From NCBI RefSeq assembly GCF_006345805.1, contig NC_043001.1, positions 118,048,001 through 118,112,000 of the forward strand: a stretch of DNA of 64,000 nucleotides, in the 5' to 3' direction. The DNA is from Octopus sinensis. Taxonomy: Eukaryota. The notes under the pieces were generated by a model, which worked only from the letters and a program-made list of their open reading frames with translations, was not told where the DNA came from and ran no database searches. The stretch's first letter is position 1. Every line of letters starts with the position of its first letter. The translations under genes and the position numbers were made by a program. Shown one piece after another: positions 51,405-64,000 of this stretch.

Positions 51405-51570
51405 ATCATCATCATCATCGTTTAACATCCGCTTTCCATGCCAGCATGTGTTGGACAATTTGACTGAGCGCTGTCGAACCAGATGGCTGCACCAGGCTTC
51501 AATCTTGATCTGGCAGAGTTTCTACAGCTGGATGCCCTTCCTAACGCGCCAACCACTCCAAGAGTGTTTT
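51405..51570 (-). mobile_element. RTE 3'-tail copy
   Basis: (CAT)n-CGTTTAACATCCGC...GGATGCCCTTCCTAACGC. Confidence 0.75.
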
Positions 51571-51820
51571 TATAAATTTGTAGAACCATTAAACTCATAA
51601 TGACATGGCAAAAAGCAAAAAGCTATTTTTAAAAATTTCTCATTTCTTGTCAGGTATAGTTTTTGATTTTTAAGAGAAGGGAAATGGTAAGTGGTGATGT
51701 TTATACCTTTCCCAAGCACAAGCAATTCCCAACTAAAACTTGAAACCTTATTATAGATTCAGAATAATTGTTTAAGATGGTTTGGGAGAGACTCTAGAAA
51801 TTGAAAAATGTAACAAATAC

Positions 51821-51885
51821 CTTTGAATTCGTGTCAAGTTTTCACTCATCTTTTGGTTTGCTATTCCAATGATATAATCAATATA
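51821..51885 (-). CDS. TYW3: TYW3 exon (penultimate)
   Basis: ctttacttctatag|TAT ATT...CAA AG|gtattt; YIDYIIGIANQKMSENLTRIQ(R); 65 nt. Confidence 0.95.
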
Positions 51886-51944
51886 CTATAGAAGTAAAGA
51901 AAAAAAGTAATGAAATAAAGAAACATAAAACAATACAATATATT

Positions 51945-52070
51945 CTTTTCTACTCTAGGCACAAGGCCCAAAATTTTGGGGGAGGGGGCCAGTTAATTAG
52001 ATTAACCCCAGTACACAACTAGTACTTAATTTATTGACCCTGAAAGGATGAAAGGCAAAGAGCACACATT
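51945..52070 (-). mobile_element. MetaSINE-like fragment
   Basis: Reverse of TTGCCTTTCATCCTTTCAGGGTCAATAAATTAAGTACTAG. Confidence 0.65.
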
Positions 52071-52716
52071 CACTCTCTGCATGTGATTAGACTCAGAAAG
52101 TTTTTGAGGAACCCACTGACCAAATTTTCTGACTTTTCCGATGGCACACAGGTGTTGATGAATGGTTGAATGACCAAATTCAAGCTTCTCTCCTAGTTCC
52201 TCAACAGTTACCAGTGTTTGCAGGACATCCTCGTCAAGCTCTACATATCTCCCAGGACAAGACTCACCTTTTAGGCTGTAGTTTCCAGCTCAGAATTTCT
52301 GGAACCACAACTGATACTGGCTTACACTGATCGCCAAATACTGCATTAATATTCCTCACACTTTCCGTTGTGTTGTTGCTTTTATTGAACTTATAAAGCA
52401 AAATATGCCAAATACGCTCCTTTGTCACTTCCATTATAGCTTTGAAAAAATAACTTGAAATTGAACTGGATTCTTCAAAACCTACTTCAAACTAAGAATA
52501 AGAACAAGGTAAAATTACTACCTGCTTTTATAGCAAGTTCATTCAGGTAGTTTATCCCATCCCCGTCCAACTTTTAGTTCATGCAATTGAAAAAACAGCA
52601 TTATTTATTGGATGACCCAATATATTAGTTTCAAATTTTGGTACAAGGCCAGCAGTTTTGGGGGGAGGGTGCCATGTCAATTAAATCGCTCCCAGTACAC
52701 AACTGGTACTTATTTT

Positions 52717-54083
52717 CATTATTTACATCATTTACATTTGACAGATATTTGTCCTCATCTTGTTTGCTGTTAACACAACATTTTGGCTGATATACTTTCC
52801 AGCCTTCATCAGGTGTATTGGGAAAATTTCGAACCTGGGTTCTCATTCCTTCGGTATTTTTCAATGTTATCATTATAATTATTATTATTCAGATCGCTGC
52901 TTGGAATCAAACTCAGAATCTTGGGGTTAGTAGCCCACACTCTTAACCACTTCGCCATATGCCCATGAGCAATTATGGAGCATTCCTGGACGTTAATAAC
53001 ACACACCATGTATGGATCCAGGGCATCTGTATACCGCAAGCTAACCTTCACTGGACGATACTTTAACTTCAATTCCCACCATCCATATAGTGTAAAGAGA
53101 GGGATTGCTCAGTGCCTAAAACATCGAGCAAAGAATATAAGTAGTGATTCTGATACACTCCACAAAGAAATGATAAAGCCTATTAAGCAACAACTACCCC
53201 AAAAACATACTATCCACTCCAAATATGAAGAATAGAGAGGATGAAACCTGTAAACTGACCACAGTCTGTCTACTCTATGTGAAAGGCCTCTCCGAAAAGA
53301 TACAAAAGATATGGGGCCCATATGACATCAGGACAGTATTCAAGAGTAATACAACACTTCGTAAATATCTCCTTTGAGTAAAACCACCAATAGAAGAGAA
53401 TATCACCAAAGACTGCGTGTACTCTACCCATGCAGTAAGTAATGGTGGTAAGTAATACAAAGGCGAAACATGCCGACCCCTCAAAATAAGGGTAGAGGAA
53501 CATCACAAAGCTGTGACATGAGAAGATATTGATAAATCAAGTATAGCTGATCATGCATGGAAAAACAGAGACCACCTCCCCCTGTGGGATGAAGATAAAA
53601 TAATAAACAGGGAATACCACTGGAAAATACGAAAACTAAAATAAGCAGCAGATATGCTAAGACATAATAACCTCCTAAGCAGAACTAATGCAGATATGAA
53701 TAGCATATGGGAACTGGTATTAAGGAAGGATAGGAAAATATTAGATATATAAGCCCTAAAATTCACTCCATAATTGCCTACAGGTATATTGCTTAGTGGT
53801 TAAGAGAGCAGGCTACTAACCCCAAGATTTGATTCCAGGCAGTCACAACAACAATAATAATAATAAGAAGAAGAAGAAGAAGAAGAAGAAGAACAACAAC
53901 AACAACAACAGCACCACCAAAAAATACCTTAGGAATGAGAACCCAGTTTCGAAATTTCCTCAAGACACCTTATGAAGGCTGGAGAGCATATCAACCAAAA
54001 TGTTGTGCTAACAACAAACAAGATGAGCTCAAATATCTGTCAAATGTAAATAATGTACATAATTCCTCATCTCTCAAATATAG
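52717..54083 (+). mobile_element. 5'-truncated Penelope-like element with inverted terminal repeats, inserted in a MetaSINE
   Basis: RT C-terminal SVYRKLTFTGRYFNFNSHHP and GIY-YIG (CVYS...YKGETCRPLKIRVEEH); inverted repeats 52720-52964 and 53783-54065; 16-bp TSD AACTGGTACTTATTTT at 52701-52716 and 54084-54099. Confidence 0.9.
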
Positions 54084-55261
54084 AACTGGTACTTATTTTA
54101 TTGACCCCAAAGAAATAAAAAGCAAAGTCAATCTCAACAGAATTTGAACTCAGAACAAAGAGATTGACAAAAAGCCACGAAGCATCTTGACCAGCAGGCT
54201 AATGATTCTGCCTTATTATTAATAAAACAGATAAATGTCCAATCTTCACAGCAGTGATTTGCTCTAAAACTCATGCTTTAAATTGTCAGGTAAATAGTGC
54301 AGGTGAGAAAGTCAAATACTACTGGCACATGTACACACTCACACATATTTGAACACTAATGGCATGAGCACATATACACATACCCTCCCCCACTCTTTCA
54401 CATACACAAATACAGCTAATTGTGTATGTATGTGTGGACGCCAATAGCATACACTTGTGTGTGTGTGTGTGTGCACGCACATCTTTGTGTACATGCCTCT
54501 CTCTCTCTCTCTCTTGCACACACTTTTACCATCCTTTTATATGGATTGACAGATTTTTCTAACACCAAAGGAATCCATCATTAGCATTTTAATATAATAG
54601 ATAATGATTTATTTTATTTCCCACAGGGGCATCTGAAGAGGTGGGGACAATTCAAAGACAATTTACAAATCATTACACTCAGCCATTCTTTTACAGAATG
54701 TCAGCCCTCTGGGATTCCATCCCTGCTCATATCTTTCCCACAATTGTTAGCTTACAAAGGTTCAAGATGAATATAAATGGCATCAATATACCAGTTCAGG
54801 AGGGTCTGCAAAGCCTCTTCCTCCAGACCCACCTAATATATGAAAATAAGTTAAAATGTTAAAATCATGAACAGCACCTAAATTTGATATAGAAAAACAT
54901 ATTTAGTTTTGTCAAGAAGGAGTCTGTAGGTTAGAAGACCAATAAATGAAGACTCATGAGATGAGCAATGGCAACAGCCCAATTCCAAGCTGCCACTGCC
55001 ACAGCTGCCATCATCTTCATCATTTAACATCCGTCTTAACATGTTGGCAATGGGTTAGATGGTTTGACAGGATCTAAAGAGTCAGATGACTAAATCAAGC
55101 TCCAATATCTGCTTTACTATTTATTCATCCTAAACAATATTTAGTATAAACTAAACACATTGGTGCCAGCTTGACACAAAAGCTCATTGCTTCATGCAGT
55201 AGAAGGGACTGTATAATAGATGTGGTAAAATAATAATCTGCCCACCCCATAGATTACTTAC

Positions 55262-55330
55262 CTCTTTGGAAACAAGGAGTTCACCGTTATTTGATAATGG
55301 AACTTCTAAACACTGAGTGCTTCTTATTGC
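55262..55330 (-). CDS. TYW3: TYW3 exon
   Basis: tttctttag|GCA ATA...GAG|gtaagt; AIRSTQCLEVPLSNNGELLVSKE; 69 nt. Confidence 0.96.
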
Positions 55331-56624
55331 CTAAAGAAATTGAAAACACAATGATTTTGCAACATTATTTGAAGGCTTTTCTATCCTGAGAAATTCAACT
55401 TATTTAAAACATTTTTACAATTATTTAGACCCAATTATGAAAACTTCAATATTTGGCAGTTGCCAATCCTTAATGACACTCATATAAGATAACTGCTTAC
55501 TTTTTAAAAAAAAGATAATGTTACAAATACATTGAGGAAATGGTTATTACTTAAATTAACCTTGATAGATGCCTACTGCAATCAACCTCACTGGATGCAT
55601 GTCACTTATTTTACCAAAAATGAGGAATAGTTAAGTTAATCACAATGAGATTTCAAAGTAGAATGTAGACAGTCATAATAAATCTCTCACTAGTGAACCA
55701 GTGACTGACCTATTGGAAACCTGTAATTTATGATGCTATAGTGCAAATCTATCAAAAGCATTTTGTTGTGCCTCTGGACAGAAACATTTATCATTCTACA
55801 TTCCTCAGCCTGTAAGTAACAGCCATTATCTGGGAATGTTACTTCTTGAGAGACTGCTGTTCAATCAGGGGAAGATATATCTTTCATCTACTGAAATAAA
55901 AGCAAAGCATTGACTCTCAAGAGCCTTGTTGTTGTGAAAGTCAACTGTAGTCAAACCTATGATCAAAAAGCATTCCAGATGTGACTATCCCACTTTTTCT
56001 ATAATTGCTTTTCTGATACACAGTATTAGGTAGTGGGTAGTGACTTCTGTCATTACTTTATGGAGTAATGACCCTACTTTACATGACTCCTGGCTTTAGC
56101 AGGCCCTGACTGACATGCCTGGAATGGACTCCAGTTTAGGGTTACAGATCCCCAACTATGGATAAATAGCTTCACTGTTTCATGAGATAACGGATAGAGA
56201 GTCAACATTAGAATGAATCTGAAAGAGCATCCCTAAAGTGTTCACCTCAACATTCTTCTGGCAACTTCAACAGCCAAACTGGTACCAAACATCCTACTCT
56301 GAACCCTTTTAAATCACACAAGTGAAGTTGAGAGTAGGGTTTTGGTGTTTGGCCACTCCAGGATCTTCAAATATCCAACTTAGGCTTATACTCCAGAAAG
56401 GTTACTTTAGTGTCACTGTATAAAGCGGCAGCATAAGAGATTGTTAGCTCTGTCGTGTTGGACTGGAACTCAAATCTGGACAGATCTATAGTGAAAAACT
56501 CATCTCTCAAAACAGGTGGATGCTAACAACATATATAGAAGCATGTTATCCAATATTTCCTTTTTATTTAAGACAGCAGGTGTGATTTGATGAATATTTC
56601 ACTGTTATTTCAAAGTTAACAGAA

Positions 56625-56908
56625 CAACCAGGAAACATTTTTTCATGCTGAGAGTTGCTGAAGCATGGAACAAACTGCCGGCATCAGTTGTTAGTTGTCG
56701 GAGCACTGCATCCTTCAAAACTTCCATGCTTCCTGAGATTCACCAACACTACACTTGATTTTCTCCCCTCCATACACACACAAGCATGTATCTGACTCAT
56801 ACATTGTTCGCTTTCCAGACATTTCTACATTACTGCATGTACTTTATATGCACTTTCTGACAAGTTGTGGTGCACCTGAGCACTGTATACAATAATTTCA
56901 TTATTATC
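56625..56908 (+). mobile_element. 3' end of CR1-like LINE
   Basis: Same family as 7235-7560. Confidence 0.75.
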
Positions 56909-58767
56909 ATAACCACATAGTGGCTGCCTCATTTGTTGCATAGGACTTTCAGGACTTAGGGGGAGGGGTGTATTCAGCAAAATATGCCTAGATGGAAGCA
57001 ATGTTTACTGACTAGAAACAAGTAAGGGTAGCTAACAGATTAAAAATTAAATCCTTTTAAATGATAATGTGAAAATAAAGCAGTTGTATCATAGCAGAGA
57101 CATTTTAGCTATTTAAAAGACACAAGCAGTGATTCTTCATCACCATCATTTTTTTAACAACTACTTTTCCATGCTTGCATGGGTCAGAAGAAATTATGTA
57201 GAGAAAGACAATTCTTTTTGCCAATCCACCCTTTTTCAACACAAAGTGATATTTTCCATACCCAGTCATGTTTTCATGGAAGAATTAATACCATTGCTTG
57301 CATGTCAGTGATGCACATTTATAAATATTACATGATGTCAACACACACACACATATGACTGGCTTCTTTCAGTTTCTGTGTACCAAATCCACTCAATGTT
57401 TTGGTCAGCCAAGGGACACAGTACAAAACACCTGCACACTGGGACTGAAACCAAAATCACATGATTAGGAAGCAAACTTCTTAACCACAGACATGCCTGT
57501 GATTGTGCCATGTATATCTTTCTCTCACTCCACCCTCTATTTCTCTCTTACTCTATCTCTCCTTTCTTTTCCTACTGAGGTAGCCAAGTATCTCTTCAAT
57601 AGTAAGACACCTGACTCTATATCCCTCTATTATATTTTAACCTCTTAACTGACACAAAGCCATCTCCCTTGGCTGCAGTACCTCTCCCAGTTGAGAGGTC
57701 TTCGTCTCACAAATTACCTGGTAACCCTACTTGGTGCCATGTAAAAAGTATTAATGTTGGTGTCAGATAAAAAGCACCCAATAAAACTCTGTAAAGTGGT
57801 TGGCATTAGGAAGGGCATTCAGTTGCAGAAACCATGCCAAAGCAGACAATGGAACCTGGTGTAACTCTTTAGCTTGCCTAGCTCCTGTCAAACCATCCAA
57901 CCCATGCCAGCATGGGAGATGGACATTAAATGAGGATGAGAGTAATGATGAGATATATGTATTGATATATATATACATATATACACACCCACACATATAC
58001 ACAACATGATTAGATTCATAGTTTTATTACATTTTTTTCAATAGCATATATATAGTAGATACAGGCATGGCTGCAGTTGAGAAGTTCACTTCACAACCAC
58101 ATGCTTCCAGGTTCAATTTCATTGTGCAGACTTTCAGGAAATGTCTTCTACCACAGCACTGAGTTGGCCAATGCCTTGTGAGTGGAATTTAGCAGATGGA
58201 AACCATGCTGAAACCCTGAGTGAATGAGTGAGAGAGATTGTGAGTATGTGTGTGTGTGTGTGTTGCCAATTTTTTTGTGAATGATGTAAACATCAATAAA
58301 ATATAAACATCTGTATTAAAACTGAAAAATTGTGCTCTCAAATGAAAATACATTATATTTGTTCCACCTAAATTACCAGATATTTCCTTTGTCACTCAAG
58401 GCATCTACAGCACAGTGAACAAGTGACTGCCCACTAGCAACTTATAACCAAAGACACTATTGTTGACCAAATGTGATATAAAATAAAATAATCACTTGTA
58501 TTAAAGTCATTGGCCACAGATGTATGACCTGGATACTGATATTCTACTCCACTGTATACATATCTTATTAAGGAAATTATCATCATCTTAAAATTTATAT
58601 ATCAGTGTATGTGTGTTTTAAATTACTAAACTGACTCTACTCTGTTGCATCGGTCTTAGTATTTTCAGCCACTCTCAGATCAAATCTCTTGTCAAATAGC
58701 TGCAACAAAAAAAAAATTGAATAATAAAGAAAAAAATATAATCAATATAATCAAAGACCTTCCTTAC

Positions 58768-58839
58768 AGCAATAATCTTCCCCTTTCTGTTGACTGTAAT
58801 ACCAGAGTTGCGAAATCCAGAAGCAACAGATACAGCATG
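58768..58839 (-). CDS. TYW3: TYW3 exon
   Basis: tttgtttcag|CAT GCT...GCT|gtaagg; HAVSVASGFRNSGITVNRKGKIIA, with the TYW3 GFRNSG motif; 72 nt. Confidence 0.97.
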
Positions 58840-59025
58840 CTGAAACAAATGAGTAAATATTGAAATATTTTCAACATTCCTTCAAAATAAATTTATTGTT
58901 CAGTAAATAGAGCAATATTATCTGTAGTTGGGGGAGACAACAGAGGAACTAAAATGGTAAACACACTTTTTTGATGGCTTAGTGAAAGGAGAAATAATAG
59001 TAGCCATAACATTTGCAGGATATCC

Positions 59026-59254
59026 TTAACCCTTTGGTGTTTAAGCCGGCCATATCCGGCCCAAATATCCTACATGTTTTACATTCAAACTGGCCATATC
59101 TAGCCCCTCACACCTAACCTACATTGACATTCTAAGAATAAACTATCACACCATCGAAACTTCAAAGCTGTAAGATAATGTATGATTAATTGAAAATAAT
59201 TTGAGTGAAAAAAGTATTACATTTAACAGATTAAGCTGAACACTAAAGGGTTAA
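59026..59254. mobile_element. piggyBac-like MITE
   Basis: TTAA-CCCTTTGGTGTTT ... GAACACTAAAGGG-TTAA. Confidence 0.85.
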
Positions 59255-59899
59255 GGCTGAATAGTTTTGATTAAGGTAAAAGTTGATGGCTGGGGTGGAG
59301 CGAAGAAGATATCATGACTCAAGTTACTGCTACCCAATACTTTGAGCTCAGCATATAACCCAGCTGGGTGCACCTCCCAAAACAATTTTACACTTACTCT
59401 CATGGACAAGAGAAATAAAACCATGCAGGGTTATATACCAGCTGGTGGGGACTGCCTTTTAAAGTGCTAACTGCAGGTTTGGGTTCTTGTTCTATGAGAA
59501 ACCTTTTCCATCAGCACTATTTAACAAATAATGGGACAGTTAAAGGAAAGTTGCTGTAGTAAATAACACATCAAGTTATATCATCTTCAAAGCAGAGATC
59601 TGGTTGGAATGCTTACAACAAAGTGACTTCCACTAAAGGCACCCAAGAGTCAATTACAGTATTTAGTTTTACCTCTTTCCTTCTAAGTTCAAATGCTATC
59701 TACAGTTAGTAACCTCTTGAGCTATATTTCCAAGTTGCTCTCTTCTCAGTGTTAGTGAGGGCCAGTGTATTGCTAACATTCTGTACACATTTTCCTGCAA
59801 TGTCTTGATTCTAGTATATTGCTTTGCAATCCAACTAATCACACACCTTAGATCTTCTTGTCACAGAACATTGGCAAACCATTTATCTTTACTTTCTCT

Positions 59900-60340
59900 G
59901 ATGTCTAACTTCCCTTGGAGTTGCCTGAGTGGTCGAGACAGACCTCAGCACTTTTTACATGGCTTAGAAAGAGTCTTTTTAAATAACTGCCTAAGCTTCT
60001 AGATCTAGTTCCTAGTTTACTAGACAGTCTGTGTTCCCACTTTCTCTCCTGCGTGGGTACAAAATATGGACCACACACAGCTACATCAAGACTCTATTGA
60101 CTCTACAAGATAGTTTTAGCATCTTGGCAACATAGAATTATACACACAGAAGTCTGTCATGCTAGCCACATTGAATCCATACATCACAGGCATCAACTAA
60201 GATATCGCAGACATGTTGTGCATATTTCTGACATGTGTTTTTCCTGTAAGATCATGAAGAACCAACTACACTATGATCAGAGCTTGGCTAAGTGACAAAA
60301 GTGGTTCAAAGATCAATGAAAGTCATGTTAAAGAAGAGCA
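59900..60340 (+). mobile_element. Very old RTE/BovB-like RT C-terminal relic
   Basis: LLRGYKIWT and ADMLCI/WFKDQ remnants resemble LLYGCETWT..LRWAGHV..RFKDQLK; heavily decayed. Confidence 0.4.
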
Positions 60341-60770
60341 ACATCAACCCTACAGAAGTGAGACTGTACTGCCCACCTCTTACTTTGGCCGTTGCATAGT
60401 TCAAAGGGTAATGAAGACAGAGGGAAAATGCACCCAAAATCAAAAGGAAAATCAGTATAAAAAAGCATACATAGAGAGCAACATTTATCCATATCATCCA
60501 AATATTTATGCAACTCATCTTCAGCCAGGGCTTCACATCAAAGATTAAGATGTATGGCCACCAAAATATCCATAAATCAGTTAAGAACATTAAAACATTA
60601 CTTGAGAGATAAAAACTGTTAACAACTATCTTTTACTGACCTAAATTACAATCAAGGCAAAGAAGGTTTTTTAAATTTTTATTTTTGTATTAACTGAATG
60701 TATTGAAAAGAAACATATTTCAAAAGTTCTTCTTTCCTTTAAGGACTCTTAATGACAATTTAGGACTTAC

Positions 60771-60869
60771 AATCGTTTGAGCATCATGTAATTCTCGGCA
60801 TTGAATATGCATCACAAAGGGTTCAAATTTAAAAACAGCATTCCCAGTTATTTCTTCGAGTGGTGCTAT
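60771..60869 (-). CDS. TYW3: TYW3 exon
   Basis: tattcacag|ATA GCA...ATT|gtaagt; IAPLEEITGNAVFKFEPFVMHIQCRELHDAQTI, with the KFEPF.LH..C motif; 99 nt. Confidence 0.97.
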
Positions 60870-62656
60870 CTGTGAATATTGCAAGCAAACATCATAAAAC
60901 AGAAAATGAATATGAATTTAAGTTCAATTTTAACACATTTATTTACCCATAACCACAGAGGTTAAACAATATGTAAAACTGACTCCAAACCACCTGTTTC
61001 TATTCACTCCATCTACTCTATGACAACCAGACATACCTCAAGCCAAGAAGAACATATCCATGTGATTACTTGTCCTACTAGAAATAGTAACCAAATCTCC
61101 CAGAAATTGATATTATTGTCTTTAAAAAAGGTCATATTGAATAAAGTAATTCAAGATACACTTTCACGAAAAAAAAAAAAGAGTTAGAGACAATGGTCAT
61201 GCCTGGACCACTGCTGGTCAATAATTGCTAGCCTAGGGTTAAACAAGCTAACACACTTTGCTATTACTATTCTTATTATTCCCCTTGACATCACATTTTA
61301 ACTCCAAGATAACCGTTGTCAAACCAATCACTGTCTGAGTCTATCACTGAAACATCTTTATTACTTACTTTAATATTTACTCATATTGGTATTCCTCTAT
61401 TTCATTGTCTCATTACATTTAGCTGAACTCATGTTCCACACTCAATATTTCATTATCATCTCATTATTTTCAGTTCTTTACTTTAGATAACTATACCTAC
61501 TGCAATGACTGTACTAAAATATGAATACAATCATTTAGTCATTTTCATTTGAATCACTCTTTCCAAACTTCAAACTGACAACTGAAAGATTACTGATGAA
61601 GATCAAGTAATAGTTACAGCTGTTGTTTAACCTTAAGTCAGCCCTGATCAAGCAAACCTAAAGAAAGCCCATCCACGATCAGCATATCACATTTATAGGA
61701 CCATATGTCTGCTTGTTTTTGAAGAGTGTAATTTAAAAAATAATTTAGCTACCAATTCTAGTAGGTCAAAAAATCATGAATTTCCTTCATTGGTCCAATC
61801 TAGCTAGAGAGAATGATCAGAATGCCTCTCCAGCTAAATACTTTAAAATATTGATTAGGTACATATTTTAAGATAACTGAGTTTCTAACAGACTTTTTAC
61901 CATTTTCCCATATTCACCCCTCCTTTTTCCACCTATATTTTGCCCACTACCTTCAACCAAGTATCATCTCTTTACACTTTAATTGCAAACTTTCATTTTT
62001 GTAAAAGTTATTAAAATACAGTCACAAATTCAACAAAGTATTTCTGAACTTCTTTCATTTTCTTTTATCAAGAACTTTATTGTTTTATTCCATATTTATC
62101 TCACCATCTAATATCAACATTATTCAGTTCTAATCATCCTTTGTAAAATTCATAGTTTCATCAATTATCATTAAAAAAAATAGTGCCCGTAACCCTCAGT
62201 GATACCTCAAGTCTTTCATGCAGAATTAGTATTTCACAAGAAAAACCAGGGAGTTAAAAAGTGTTGGGCTGCTAGCTGAAGAATCAGACATTCATCACTC
62301 GCTGACTCAATCTACTTAATAATTCATAGATGCCATATAATACAACACCTTGCTCTATGAAACAGGAGCACAGTATAATCTAACAAGTGATCTGTTGGCC
62401 TATAGTGCAGGGTATAGTACATCTTTCAAGCCAAGAGAAGGCAACAAGAAACTGCTTCAGCTCACAATCTCTCTGAACAGGAACTCATAGTCAGCCACTG
62501 AAATGAGTACTGATATGGTTCTGGGTTTTGATACGATTTATGTGATGGACAATGGTCACTCTGTAGTTATTCATCATTCACAAATAATGGAGAAACCTTA
62601 TCCTCAAAAAACTAACCAAAAGCATTAAAAAGAGAAAATAAATTAAATATGTTTAC

Positions 62657-62734
62657 AGTATCCTCAAGATGGACCAGTTCATGAGTTGTAAAAAGCCATC
62701 GACAGCCTTTCTTCTTCACTCCATCAGATTCAGC
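62657..62734 (-). CDS. TYW3: TYW3 exon 2 (exon 1 outside window)
   Basis: cattttttag|GCT GAA...ACT|gtaaac; AESDGVKKKGCRWLFTTHELVHLEDT (compare KQNCCWLLVTH); 78 nt. Confidence 0.92.
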
Positions 62735-63334
62735 CTAAAAAATGAAAATAATATAAAATAAATACAAGCAATATTCAAACTTACAATTAAGCTGAACACA
62801 GAAGAGGGTCTATTGTGAATCCTATCTTTTCATTACTTATATAAGTACATTTGGGACAGGGAGGAAATCCAGAGAAACACTTAACCCACACATGTAAACT
62901 AAAGAGGAGTCATTTCCGTTGCAATAATATTGTTACCCTAGCTAACTAGGAAGAACCCCGATTAAAGATGTTCTAACCAAGACCATCCTGTCTCATTTTA
63001 CAAAGTGGAACAGGCATAGTTATGTGGTTAAGAAGTTCACTTCACAACCAAATGGTTTTGCAGCACCTTGAGCAAGTGTCATCCATGATGGAACCAGATC
63101 AACCAATGACTTGTGAAGGTCTATGTTAGATGAGATGGAAACTGGGCAGAAATCTGAGATATACATACATGTATATATAGTGCAGGATTTACCGTTGTGC
63201 TTAGGTGTGCACAAGCACAGGGTCCTGTTGAATAGTTGTTGGGGTGATCCATCTTCCTGCCCCCTCCCTAATTTTTTACGATGAATTGTTCAAATGTCGA
63301 ACGTTCAAATATTTTTCCTAAAACTTACAAAAGT

Positions 63335-64000
63335 GAAATTAATAATGTGAATGAATGGGAGAAAGAGAGTCTGCCGAATGCCAACCCAACACAGGGACCA
63401 GCTATCCGAATTGAGAGTACCTTGGTAGATAAAGTAATCAAGAGTATGAAGGCAGGGAAAGCCCCCGGCCCATCAGGAATCACTGCAGAGATGCTCAAAA
63501 TATCTGGCAGTGTCGGCTATAGCACAGTCACATGTATAGTCAACCAGGTGATACACGAAGAAGTCATACCCAATGACTGGTGTAGCAGCACCATAGTCAA
63601 CTGCAACAAAAGTAAAGGTGACGCCTTAGATACAAATAATTACAGAGGTATCAAGTTGTTGGATCAGGTAATGAAGGTCACAGAGAGGGTCATAGCCCAA
63701 CTAATTAGGGAGAGAGTCAGCCTAGATGAGATGCAGTTTGGGTTCATGCGAGGGAAAAGCACCACTGATGCTATATATCTGGTAAGACTGCTGCAGGAGA
63801 AATACCTAGCCAAAGATAAACCTCTGTACCTGGCTTTCATTGACATGGAGAAAGACTTTGGCAGGGTCCCCTGATCCCTTATCTGGTGGTCAATGAGGAA
63901 ACTAGGGATAGATGAATGGTTAGTGAGAGCTGTGCAAACCATGTACAGGGATGATGTCAGTAAGGTGAGGGTTGGCAATGAGTACAGTGAAGAATTCTGG
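63335..64000 (+). mobile_element. 5'-truncated RTE LINE copy running off the window edge
   Basis: Closely similar to 26255-26920 (NEWEKESLPN...NYRGIKLL...QFGF). Confidence 0.92.

Noticed and set aside
48440-64000. Divergent plus-strand gene such as OGFOD1, the human head-to-head neighbour of NUDT21
   Set aside because: No OGFOD1-like exons seen; the upstream neighbour here is TYW3 on the same strand.

Overview
Eukaryotic, very AT-rich and repeat-dense genomic DNA. The (TA)n tracts and the SINE/RTE families point to a coleoid cephalopod, probably Octopus (inferred from repeat style, not tested). The supplied ORF track misses both real genes, which are spliced and lie in tandem on the minus strand. 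TYW3 (tRNA wybutosine methyltransferase) has six coding exons at 62734-48174, with exon 1 beyond the right edge. NUDT21/CPSF5 (CFIm25) has exons 1-3 at 47466-23142; I could not find exons 4 onward, so intron 3 appears to exceed 23 kb. The TYW3 stop codon is only about 0.7 kb upstream of the NUDT21 ATG. The introns are filled with mobile-element relics: near full-length RTE LINE with a 65-bp VNTR in its 3' UTR, CR1-type LINEs, Penelope-like elements (one with decayed hammerhead ribozymes and tRNA-like heads), Tc1/mariner, Chapaev-like, Helitrons, piggyBac-like MITEs, several tRNA-SINE families and a 5S rRNA pseudogene. Best leads: the tight, phase-compatible TYW3-NUDT21 tandem; a tRNA-head plus hammerhead Penelope terminal repeat; a candidate antisense three-exon transcript in NUDT21 intron 3; and a 700-bp foldback carrying octamer/CCAAT motifs upstream of NUDT21. 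None is proven novel from sequence alone. Exon coordinates were counted by hand; repeat boundaries are approximate.
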